NCBI GenBank assembly: GCA_052426225.1
Contig: JBNJNM010000009.1
Span: forward strand, 1,302,001 to 1,366,000
Source: Zancudomyces culisetae HAW-14-8
Taxonomy: Eukaryota > Fungi > Kickxellomycota
Length of the DNA stretch: 64,000 nucleotides
Direction of reading: 5' to 3'
Positions 33,763 to 46,199 of the stretch are shown here, in pieces (positions within the stretch are counted from its first letter, which is position 1; each line of letters starts with the position of its first letter). A program made the translations under genes and the position numbers. A model generated the notes under the pieces. The model did not search any database. It saw nothing but the letters and a program-made list of their open reading frames with translations, and was not told the origin of the DNA.

Positions 33763-36700
33763 AACCAGAATATAGATACTTGACCTTTTATATGATAAAT
33801 TAGCACCAACACTCAACTGCCATTTTGTGACAACCCCTGTGTTTTTTACAGGGTATTCAGCTTGTCTATTTATAATGTATTCAACAATACCATCAGTTAA
33901 CTCGCATATGTGACCATTATCTGTGGTCTACAATATCTACTTTTCATCACAATATATATAGAGTTTATCGTTTGAGATCCGCAGTGGTACTTGATTTCCG
34001 CCTTTACCAAACTTCAAGATAAGCGTATAGGTGTGATTAATACTTATTGCATCAGCGCTAAAGTACATTCCCTCAATATTATCGTAATTGCAAGTGTTAA
34101 GGATTTGAGTTGACCACCAGCTTTATACTTTATAATAAACTGTAAATCCAAAAGTTTAGTATATAAGTTATTCTAGTTTGTTGTACTTGCACTATTTGAA
34201 TATTTAAAGACTTGAATGTTATTTTACTTTTTTTAACTACAGTTTCTAATAACCTGTATACAATAAACTCCTAAAAAAATGACAAAGTTCTTCGAAATCG
34301 TAGGTTGACTAAGCTATTCAAACAAATCAATAAATTACAATTAGCTACAACAAACATAGCGTGTGTTTTTTTAAAAAAGAGCTGAAAAGTCAATTTTGCT
34401 GTTGGTAACCTTGGTATTAGATATTTTGACAAAATCATATTCCAAGTTGAATTTTCTGTTTTATTTCGCGCCTTTATGCGGCGAATGATGCTGTGTGAGT
34501 GCTGAGTTAGTAGACAAACATCATTTCTTGTAGAAAGCTATCTAGTACAGGTTTTACTAAAGGTATTAATTATTCGGCGCAAACAGAAACGCTTCCTAAA
34601 CCCAATAAATGTAACAAATCCATTAATTTTGCCTTGAAATTTTTCATTTCACGGACATAAACATTCAAACTGAATATGAAACACCCTAACTAGCAGATAT
34701 ATTTCAGTTAATCTATGATAAGTATAATATAAGCCTATTCGCAGAACATCATCCAAAGCTTTCTTTTAGGTTGCTGACTAGAAACACTCTGCGGAACCAG
34801 CACTTCCTATTTTTTACCAGGGAGTATCACAATCTACTGTTTTTGTTGCTACTACATTTTCATTTGTGTGCGGTTTATAATATGTACACATTAAATTATG
34901 TAATGCCATCTGTAGTAAAATCTAAACATTTTTCATTTAAATACACTGTGATGAAGTAAACGCAATAAATTGCTTACATAATCGCCGATACGTGAAAAAT
35001 GCTTTTTCTTAAGGGTTAAGTTACTTTTATAGCCAAAATGGAGGTTAATATGAAAGAACATAATGTTTTTTTAAATGGCCGCTCGTTTTCAGTAATATAA
35101 TAGAATTACATCATTCATTCTTAACGCAGTTATTTATCACAACTTTGAATACGGATTTTGTAAATAAACATCAGAAGTTAGGCACAAGGTCGTCAGTTTC
35201 CGGCGAATTTAAAAAAACATTGGACTTTGTAATTTATGGCTTGGTTGGATTGTCAAAATTATTAATGACTGTACAAAGTTGAAAAATACGCTAGATTCAT
35301 GGCCCCACGCCCATTGCGTGTTCAAAAAAGCACAAATAGTAAAAATTAAGTACAAATTGAAGTGTGAGTCGTACCCACATACTATGGTGATGAATACCAA
35401 AATGTGTACCACGTTCATTATTTATCAAGATTTAAAAACATTTTAATTAAACGTTAAAGATCTTTGTTTCATATTATGGTCGCGTAGCTCAAAATAAATT
35501 AAAAACATCAACTACACATCTAGTGGATTTTCTAAGTACAGTGTTATTGGTGTTCATAAACTCAATCATGCTATAGTATTTTCAAACTGTTTCATCAGTA
35601 CTATTGCTAATAATACATCAATATTTACCGAAAACTCGTATATTTTTTCCTTATCATAATTAATCTATTCCAGAGCATTATACAATTGTCATTGTTAAAA
35701 CTACAATCATAAGCATATGGTATAAAGGTCGAGTTATTTGAACTATTTAGTATAATTTAATCGTAATCAACGACAATTAGAATAATATCGTATTAGCAGC
35801 TATATCATAAATGATTTTAAATTAAACTGCAACTTTTGACTCAACGAGAGTTTATAAATCTGATCAACATAATCTACTTTGAATCACCCACCCGCATTTA
35901 AGTTCACTTTACTCTTCTCACCGTTCTCACTCAACTTGTGTGTTTATCAATTATGAAACCATCACTAATTATATATAGTATAGATGACTAAAATCGTGTA
36001 CAACAATAGCAATAAAATCTTCATTTATTTTGATTAAAAAAAGTTTTTTGTTAGAATCATAAGGTAAAAGTGACGTAAACTTTGATTGATAAAGCGGAGA
36101 ATAAAAACAAGAGCGAGCCACAATATTTATTTTTAGTGAGAATTTGCAAGCAATCTAATTAGTTAGAGATGTATGACATCGATTTAGAGATCAATATTTT
36201 CTCGGTTTTATTTTAGCGTAGATTTGTAAGTGCCTAATCAGTTGCAACGTTATATTAGCGACTATACTGAATATCTTTACACAGTGTAAAATACTTCCAC
36301 TCAAAATGAACATTACTTTAAAATATTTTTTTTATTCATTTTCTTTTACCTTTTCTTGTATTTTTCATATTTTATCATTACCTATATTTTACAAATCGCA
36401 CCTATACTCAATATTTCGATATTTTAACGATCTACAACGTAAAATTCTAATATTTTGATTAAATTGATACTGAAAAAAATAAAAAGTGCAACCAAACCAT
36501 TACGTCAATAGTACATACCAAGTTGTGAGTAGACTAAAAGTTAGTGGTATTAGCAAAAATATATATATACAAAGTCACTGATGTCTAGTTTCATTTTAGA
36601 AACAAAAGTTCATTATGGTAATACAATGGGAACAATGTTATAAGTATATGTCTAAATTTTTTTGTAGCATTAATTTTGTGGCCGTTGACGTTATGTTAAG

Positions 36701-39700
36701 CTGGTCTTTTTTTCCCTTGTATTTTTAGTTTACTTTTTTTTTGGTTAGTTCAACAATTTGTATTGTTGAAATAAGTTGGGGGCTACAACAAACCTAAATC
36801 TGTCTAAATTATAAACTGTATACGTATCAAAGCGACAAGACATTTAGTGTTTAAAATTATCTTGAATTAGTATGGTCATATAGATAAATAGTGTATCTAT
36901 TGTAGATCAATCCTTCAAGAAATTGGGGTTTTGCCCGCAAATTACTGGGAAAACCAGAAAATTATTATTGAATCTAAATATGAGAATTGTGGTTCCCGTA
37001 GAGGTTTTGAACCAGTGGTAAAAAGTTGAAATGCAAGAAGTGTGGATATTGGAAGCACACGTACTTGAGGACATTTTTGGCTATATCAATATCAAATTAC
37101 AACTTACACAATAGGCTCAACAAATGACCAAATTCCATGATGAGTTGAGTTGAGTTGAATGCATTGCACAGCAACACTATACAGAGTTATAATGGAACCA
37201 GATACATTTATGATAATAGTATTATAGAAAAGAGAGTGTGGTTAATCATTGGGACGCTCTGTGTAATTGGGCATATGACATATGATATATGGGGCTCTCG
37301 ATTAAATGGTAAAAATGATACATGCTTTTACCTAGTATGTCTATTGAGGAAGCACATGTGTGCTCAAAAAGTCATAATTGAAGTGAAAGCGTTCCTTGAA
37401 GACTGGGTTAGAAATTGATTAAATGAGGTGCAAGAAGATCAAATAAGAAAAATTCACAAAAAATGAACAAGCTTAATAGACTGCTTATTGAGCTGTCTAA
37501 TGTGAACTTTAGCAAGCTCAAAATCAATATATATGTGCTTGATGATTTCATAAAGTGCGTGAGCAATGAATAAAGTAACAAGTGAATAAAAACAACAATA
37601 CCACGAAAAAAAGTATCCCTATTAGTATATATTCTTTAAAGCAGCAGAATACTATATAGATATCATTTAGAACTTCTGACACGTTTCATATCTGTCTAAA
37701 GTTCTAATTCTTATTTATCTTTTTCTATTTATTTTTTCTGCTACCTTTACTATTAACTTTCAATCTCATGTTGGTAGTCAATAGATTACAGCGAAATTGA
37801 ATTAAACAAAAAAAAAAGAAAATGGGAGAAAGGGCAAAACGAGGAAGAAAAATCTAGTAAATTGTATTAGGCTTTCAAACGTCTTCAATAAAAGAAATTA
37901 GCACTGCAAACAAAAACTTAACAAGTTAATCAGAGATTTTGCGATATAGTGACATGTAGTATCTGATGAAGTGGTTATATAAAGTATCTCACTAATAGAT
38001 AGTGACCCCGCTAGTATATTGATAATAGTAAATTTTTGCTCAATAAATCAATTGTACTCATATGATTTCCAGAAACTACTTGGTTAGTTATTTGATTCAG
38101 GTGTTTCGTAAACTAGTGGTTTTCATGAGTTTAATAGGTTTAATAATTTTAATGGGTAGTCAATGTGACGATAAGTAGCCCATGTATTCACATAGCATCC
38201 TTCTGAAAAAACATTTAAGCTCAGTTATTCTACCCACAAAGGAGAAAAAAACCAGTTACTATCTTTTATCAATATCTGTGCAACTCTATGGCCACTCTGT
38301 TTACATACTGGATTATTAACTTTTACTGGTTTGTTGCTAGAACCTACAACTATCATGGATTTATAAAGATACAATTTCCAACTTAATCGCTTTGCAGCCC
38401 AATTTATAACATTATGCTCGAGATGTTGATTCTATTTTTGATTAATAATTTAACTAATTGGGTGTTTTCCTGTCCAACTGAAAGAAGCCAAAAACAGTTT
38501 TCTTGTTTTCTCTCAGCGATACACATTTTTGTACCAGGTAATTTCATTTTCTCGGATTATTAATTCCATATCCTTCTTTTATACAAATATTGTACCCATA
38601 TTCCAACCATTTTATTATTTTCTAGCCCCGACAAAACAATTGTTTTAGAATCTCAATATTTCTGATTTAGTTGCATTTTTTATAAATAAACTGTTAGTGT
38701 TTAATGATTTTACATCTGTTTTTGAAATTAAATGATTAATATTCCCTATGCACCCACTCATATATTATTTATAAAATATTATATATCTGTTTATGTGTTG
38801 TTAGGTTAACCACTACAAGTAAATCCATAATCTCAAGTATTCCATTTTTTGCTATTTTTTTCCACCATGTACTCAAAGTTACGTTACTCAATTCAAAAAT
38901 ATTAGCAGTATCACATTCCAGTGTATTTTTAAGCATAGACTCATAAATATTAACAACATTATGAGTTTACCACAGATATTTTGTATGGATAATACGCTTA
39001 TTGTATGGAAAATCATACCTTATAAAGTTTATCTTTACTATATGAGTATCACAAATAAAACTGGTTCCAATATCTGATACTTTTTCTATTTTTACATGAT
39101 CCATACAAAATCTATATTATTTTCAATACTCGGTATTTAGTTTTAACCACTATGCCAGAGCATTATAAAGTTTTATTAACTTATTAACTTATATTTCCAC
39201 TTTAAATTTTGCCAACTCGAAGTATCCTTTTAGAACAGCTATTCTTGTGGTCATTTCTAAATATACAATCAAGTTGATACTGGGTATCAATATATCTAGG
39301 AACTGAGATCACCAATTAGAATAGCCGAATGGTTTATTGTATGCTTGTATAGTTTTATATCTTCTCGGTAGTAAATTTATATTTAAATTGCATGTCTGTC
39401 GAGAGATAACCGTGTTGATACCTTTCAACTATTCTGCTGCCTCATAAATTTGCAGCTACAGCCTATATGTTGAGCACTGCTTTTTTTATTATTCATAATA
39501 TCCAAGGCGTCAAATCCATCTTCAGTATCCCATATTCACCAATAAACGTGGTATTCGCACATATATTATCACCGATCGGATCAGTGTTTATGTATATTTC
39601 TCAAGCTATTCTCTATTTCCAACTCTAGAATCCTATTTTATTACCCTTTTAGATCCACTTCAGTACTAGTAACCTGATACTTTATTCAATTGCTAGAATG

Positions 39701-40095
39701 TATATTTCTCATAAATCCATACAAATCAGAGTAAAAAGCCGATTCTATGTTGATTCAAACATAATTCTCAATATGAAATAATTGATATTGCATTTTTGGG
39801 TATTAGGTGCATTACATATCACTGCCAACTGAATAAACTCTGATATTGAACGGAAGAATAAATATTTTAGTCAACTCATTGGCAGGAATCATGTTTATTT
39901 TTATATTTGACATTTTTTTTGGTACTCTTTTTTAATTCGGGTTGGATTCATTTAGCTAGTGATAAAAGTACGCAAGTATTAAACTCATAAACTTTATCTA
40001 ACTTTATGTTTATATATTCTATTTGAAAATTGTTTGGTTGTAAACTGAGATCTATTTTATTTCTCAGTAAAAATTTTATAAACTGATTGAATGAG

Positions 40096-42165
40096 TGTTG
40101 ATAACTTGAAACTCAGTACCAAAACTGAATTAATACATATAATTAATGTACTATTATTAGATACCAATATTATACACATAATATTGATATTAACTAATCA
40201 ACACACAGTTAATTTATAAAAGTTATTATTAATTATACTAGTTTAAAACACACAGTAATAATATAATATTATTTAATAATATCTTTATATTGTTAAACGA
40301 GATTGACAAACTTAATTGTTCATGAAAGGGATTAGTATCTCCTTATACAATTAAGTTTGTACTAAAACTTTAATATAAACTAAAACTATTAATATAACTA
40401 ATATAAATAAACAAATAAACTAATATCATTAATATACACAATATTAATGATGATACATTATATATTGATCATGTGTATCAATATTAATGTTTTTAACTAA
40501 TTATTAAATAATAATTAAATAATATAAACTAATAATCAATTAACATTATATTTTAATATACAATATTGTTATGATACATGTGTATTCATAACACTCCCCC
40601 CCTCTTAAGGTTACTTACAGATGTTTTTTATTCAGATTCGCGTTCGTTTTGGATCTTGCTGAGCCAAAATTCTTGTATTTTTTCATGAGCGTTAACATCC
40701 TGTTCACGCTCCCAACTTCGCTCTTAAGGTCCATATCCTTCGTAATCAATGTAATAATATGTGGTACCATCAATTTCTTTTGTATCCAAAATTTTATTTA
40801 CCACATATTCTATTTCATTATTGATGATAACTGGTGATGGTGGTCTGATGTCTGGTCGTATCACTAATTCTGATGTGTGATATTTTTCTAGTTATGATAC
40901 ATGAAATACTGGATGTATCTACATGTTTGGTGGTAATTGTAGCTTAAATGTGACGTCGTTTATTATTCCTATAACCATGTATGGACCTATCTTTTTGTTG
41001 TCCAACTTATTTGTAGGCCTTGTAGTTTGTATATTTTTTCTTATTAACCATACTTTATCACCTATTTTAAACTTTGGATGTCGTTTTCGGTTTCTGTCAG
41101 CAAACTTTTTACCAGTTTTAATTGCATTTCGTAACACTTTTTTGATGTCGTCGTGATGTTTTTCTAGTTCTATAACACGGTTTTCAGCACTTGGAATTAA
41201 CTCAATAGTTGGTATTTGCGGAGTAAATGAAGTATCTAAAACCATATAATGCTTTAAATGGTGACATCTTTATTGCACTGTGATATGCATTATTGTATGA
41301 ATATTCAGCTAACGGAAGTAGTTTGCACCAGTTATCTTGCATGTAGTCACTGTAACACCTCAAATATTGCTCCAATGTTTGATTAGTACGCTCAGTTTGA
41401 CCATTAGTTTCAGGGTGATAAGCACTTGAAAGTTTTATTTTTACGTTTAATAGTTCGTAAAAACGCTTCCAAAACTTGCTTATAAACTGAGATCCTCTAT
41501 CAGAAATGATTTCATCAGGTGTACCATGTAGTTTAAACACGTTTTTAATGTATGCAGTAACAGTTTCGGGTGAAGTCGGCAACTTTTTAAATGGTATGAA
41601 ATGTGCCATTTTAGTATATCTATCAACAATAGCCATTATTGTTGTATACCCATTTGACTTTGGTAAATCTGTAATGAAGTCCATAGTTATAGATTTCCAT
41701 GGTCCAGGTGCTATAGGTAACGGTTGAAGCAATCCATACTGTTTATGTCTGTTAGATTTATTTTTTTGACATACATCACATGTATTAATGTATTCTTTTA
41801 CATATTTCATTTTTTGTTTTATAAAATAGTTTCGATCCAAATTTTTTATTGTTTTATGTATCCCAAATTGTCCAGCTGCACCTGAAAAATGAACTTCTTG
41901 AAGTAATTGCATCCTTAGTACATCAGGTACATATATTTTTTCATTTATATATATTAAACCATTACGTTTTATAATAATATCAGATTCTTTTAGTAGATGA
42001 TTTAAATCATTAATATCAATACATTCTGCTCAATATATGAATTAATGTTGTTTAAAAGTTCACTTTGTGGTATTATGATTACATTAATAAAGTGTTTTCC
42101 CTCAATAATATTGTGATTTATCACTTTTGAATCATCACTATTACTATATCTTGAAAGTGCATCAG
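40096..42165 (-). mobile_element. Decayed Ty3/Gypsy chromovirus 3' half (element C): end of RNase H, integrase, chromodomain, PPT, 3' LTR ~40593-40096
   Basis: DALSR at the 42165 end, CDVCQ zinc finger, MDFITDLP, SDRGSQF, HPETNGQTER, KKIGPY, chromodomain EYVVNKILD..ERSWE with stops; PPT AAGAGGGGGGGAG followed by TGTTATG at 40593. Confidence 0.85.
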
Positions 42166-42374
42166 TGTCATGAATATGACATGAAAAGATTTTGAATTAG
42201 TATTGTTACAATACTGATTCAAAACACTTATTTTAATTGAAACATTTTGTTGTTTTAATCATTTACTTAAGTAATGATACTAACACAAAACCAAAATTAT
42301 AATTATAACATTAATCTTACAATAGTTAATTATAATATTAGTACATGTTTTTATTATTATGCTTCACTTATCCA

Positions 42375-42643
42375 GATACAATTATGTGTGTACCAATCTT
42401 TATTATAAATCGTAAATTCTTTCCTAGATACTATTTTTATCGATTAATCCATTACCTTAAAATTTGGTAAAAAATTAAATCGATAAAAAGAGTGTTTAAA
42501 TTTAAAAACTTTATACGTAATGATGTGTGTAATGACAGACATCACTGTATAATTTTTATAAAATAAGTAAAACTAACTAAATAAAATAAATTTAAACCAT
42601 ATATAAACTGATGTCCCCTGTTTCCTGATGAATCTTTACCATC
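42375..42643 (+). repeat. DIRS left ITR core
   Basis: Near-perfect reverse complement of 59051-59319. Confidence 0.92.
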
Positions 42644-42720
42644 TTTTCTTTCGCTAGGTACTCAACCAGCTTATAAAAAATACATAGTATTTATAAAAGT
42701 CATTAGTTAAATTTTCAATA

Positions 42721-43602
42721 ATGAGTCAAAATGCAAACGTTACAGTTGAAGTTTTGCAACAGATTTTGGAGAGATTATCAGCTCTTGAAAAACAAACCGC
42801 ACCAAATGATCACATGTCAGTATCAGAAATCAGTGATTCAGCAAACATCACTGCTCCATCAATCGTTGATGCAGTCGACGATGATTCAGTTGAAAACTTC
42901 GTGGTTCCCAGACCAACACCATCAGACCTGGTCATGTATCCAAAACTGCAAAAGGCGCTACCAACAGTTGAACAGGATTTCTTTTGGACACCACTGGCAG
43001 ATGTTGAACGCAAGAAGTTTTACGCAGCCATCCCAAGAAACTCTGGCATGGATTATGAACCACCAGAGGAAAACATCAAGTTATCAGGTGACGATAAACG
43101 TACTGATGCGATGTTATATGACATCCAGTACCGTTTATCAGCCGTTACAAGACCTTTGGATTACTTCATGCACGAAGCAATCCGTGACGGAGGTGCAGTC
43201 AGTGCCGAAAAACTTGCAGTTTTTATCAACTCAATCAGAGTTTTACTTGCGGATGTTGCATCCAATATCACGCAACAAAGAATCAAACTGTCGTACAAAG
43301 CCTCAGGAGTACCATCAGATCCTCCAGAAATGGTTTCAACATCAAGGAAGCCTCTCGTGGACATACAGCAGATGTTCGAAGTTAAAGCAGCTGCAAATAC
43401 ATTGCAGCGTGCAACAAAAAATGTGCAGCAGAGAAGACCAAGATTCAACGCAACCAGGACCTTCCCAAGCATTCCGTTTCAGCCATCAGTTAACCAGAAT
43501 GTTCAAGCAGAGCCGCAGCAGATCCAACAACAACGACAACACAAATCCGCTGCTACTGGCGGTAATTTTCGGTTTGCAAACAGCAGCAAACACCGAAAGT
43601 AG
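42721..43602 (+). CDS. DIRS ORF1 (gag-like)
   Basis: First ORF after the left ITR; LYDIQYRLSAVTRPLD motif; 293 aa. Confidence 0.8.
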   Translation: MSQNANVTVEVLQQILERLSALEKQTAPNDHMSVSEISDSANITAPSIVDAVDDDSVENFVVPRPTPSDLVMYPKLQKALPTVEQDFFWTPLADVERKKFYAAIPRNSGMDYEPPEENIKLSGDDKRTDAMLYDIQYRLSAVTRPLDYFMHEAIRDGGAVSAEKLAVFINSIRVLLADVASNITQQRIKLSYKASGVPSDPPEMVSTSRKPLVDIQQMFEVKAAANTLQRATKNVQQRRPRFNATRTFPSIPFQPSVNQNVQAEPQQIQQQRQHKSAATGGNFRFANSSKHRK

Positions 43603-43616
43603 GAGGGAGACTGAGG

Positions 43617-46199
43617 ATGTTCCAGGAGGCTTGGATGCGCCTCACAGATCACAAATGGATACTCCAAGTGATCTCAGAAGGGTTCAGAATCCCCTTCAAA
43701 ACGCATCCACCGACGATCAAGCAGAAAAAACCGTTCGGTTACAACTTGAAAAAGCTTCCAGAGAAAGTGGTCGAACAGGAGATATCAAACCTCCTGTCAA
43801 AGAAAGCAATAGAGGAAGCTTCATCCGCGCAGCCAGGGTTCTACTCAAATCCGTTTACAATCCCACAGCGACATTTCAAGATGGAGTCGCTTACAACCAT
43901 CTCCAGAATGATTCGCAAAGGGGATTATATGACCAGCATAGGCCTCAGCGATGCTTTTCTACACGTATTGATCAACAAAACGTCCAGGAAGTATCTCAGG
44001 TTTACATGGGGCGGTCGCACCTACCAGTACAGGGTGCTCCCATTTGGTCTATCTTTAAGCCCACTAGTATTCACAAAAATACTAAAACCAGTACTGAAAT
44101 GGGCCAGAGCTCGCGTGTTAGGAACGGCCAATTCCTGGAACATAATTTTTAGTTACATTTTGGCCTACTAAAAATCTAACCTATTTTATTATTTCATTTC
44201 CGGTTTTCTAATATGCCATTCCGACATTGGAATCATGTTTGCAAAATTCACCATGAATTTTCTGATTTTATTATTGGGAAAATTTACTAAGCAAAATCAA
44301 GAAATTTTCCAATAATTAAATTTAACAAAAATCCTTGAAAAAATTGGATAACCAAATCCATGATAAAATTGGATATACAAAATCCATGAGAAATTGATAA
44401 ACCAAATCAATGTTAAAATCGATAAACAAAAACCATGATAAAATCGATAAACAAAAACCATGATAAAATCGATAAACAAAATCAATGTTAAAATTGATAA
44501 ACAAAATCAATGTTAAAATTGATAAACAAAATCAATGTTAAAATTGATAAACCATATCTATGTTAAAATCAACAAATGAAAATTACAAGTTTCACGATAA
44601 GTAGATACCTAAAACTAGTTCAATTTTACATAGACAAATTTTATAGCTAAGATTTATTGACTTTAAGTTTTTCTTCACAGTAAAATTCTCTGATGAAAAA
44701 TTATATAAACCCTTCGAAATTCCGTTGGGATACATCAGAGAAAAATATATATTGATCAACACATCAAATATTATATTTTTCTAAATACTTACTTCTCCCT
44801 AAATAAATATTAATCAAGCATAACAAATCTCTACTCCAAGTTATAAGCAGCTCATTGTTTATAACATCGCGGGATACGAATGTCGAGCTACTTAGACGAT
44901 TTGTTAATCTTAGGATCAACAAAAACAGAGTGTCTGAAGTTCACAAATATGGTTTCCAAGAAACTGGTGAAACTGGGATTCCTGATCAACCAGGAAAAGT
45001 CATCAATACATCCCAAACAATGTATTACGCATCTTGGGATGGACATCAACAGCCGTCAGATGAGTTTCAAGATACCCAAACAGAAACTCAAAGATTTAGC
45101 GAGAGAGGCATCCAGGTTGATACACAAAGGGTGTACAACACTGAAGGATCTGGCATCATTCATTGGCAAAACGCAGGCAGTGAATATAGCACTCAGACCA
45201 GGACGACTGATGAGCAGGAGGTTGTTAGAGCTCAAAAACAACACTCTGAAACGCACCACGGATTGGAGTTCACAAGTAACACTGAATCAGCCCGCACTGG
45301 ACAATCTGACGTGGTGGAGGGACCATCTGAAGCAATGGAATGGTCTATGCTTATTTCCGGAGATCCCAGAGATAGAAGTATATACGGATGCGAGCGACAA
45401 TCACTGGGGGATAGTGATAGACAGCAATCAGTATACGGGGACATGGACACGACAACAGATGAAGCTCCCTATCAATGCGAAGGAATTATTAGCAATCCAG
45501 TATGCAGTGAAGCTGCCGCAGGTTCAGGGAAAGAGTGTTGTTGTATATTGCGACAACAACACTTCAATCAGCTACATCAAGAAGCATGGGGGAACCAAAT
45601 CAGTGAATCTGATGGACATTTCGGAAGCAATTTGGAAACATTGCATCAGCAATGGCACTCGGGTTCAGATTCAGTATGTGCCATCAATACTGAATCCAGC
45701 GGATGCACCATCACGTTTAACAGCTCAAACAGAGTGGTCACTATCAGACAAGATGTTTCAGAAGATACAGAAACAGTTCGGTCCACACGATGTGGACCTG
45801 TTTGTCAACAACAACAACCACAAACTACCAACATTTGTGAGTTGGAAATGGACACCAGAAGCAGCAAAAACGAATGCATTCAATCATCATTGGAGCATTT
45901 GGACGAATCCATACCTTTGTTCACCATGGAATCTGATACAGAAAACACTACAGAAGATCAGACAGGACAAGGTATCAGCGACATTGATAACACCGTTTTG
46001 GAGGTCAGCACCATGGTATCCAGATCTCAAGAGCATGCTAATAGCTCCACCGATCAAGATATTAGCTCCACAGATAATTCCGGATCCAAAAAGCGGAAAG
46101 CAAGTGACACAGATAAACAAAACATGGTCGCTTACGGCTTGGAAATTAAGCGCGCACGTCTTGAAAAAACTGGTTAAAAAGATTCAGTTATCACGTTAA
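43617..46199 (+). pseudogene. DIRS RT / RNase H / N6-adenine methyltransferase-like ORF, split by a solo LTR
   Basis: VGGRL..F...W just upstream, HFKMES, LPFGLSLSP, then after the insertion GIRMSSYLDD; TDAS, INAKEL, DNNT, NPADAPSR (RNase H); DVDLF...NAF..W...PW (MT-like). Confidence 0.9.
44116..44866 (+). mobile_element. Solo LTR (751 bp) with 5-bp TSD TCGCG
   Basis: TGTTA...TAACA termini; TCGCG at 44111-44115 and 44867-44871; removal restores ARARGIRMSSYLDD. Internal ~25-bp tandem repeats at ~44350-44570. Confidence 0.92.

Noticed and set aside
35478-35492. GGTCGCGTAGCTCA, resembling a tRNA 5' end
   Set aside because: No T-loop (TTCRA) or matching acceptor stem follows.
33450-40090. 6.6-kb AT-rich stretch that may be decayed coding or TE sequence
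   Set aside because: No long ORF in the track; a trial translation of part of it gave many stops and no motif. A translated homology search is needed.
44350-44570. Regular ~25-bp repeats, CRISPR-like at first glance
   Set aside because: Head-to-tail tandem units without unique spacers, inside a solo LTR.
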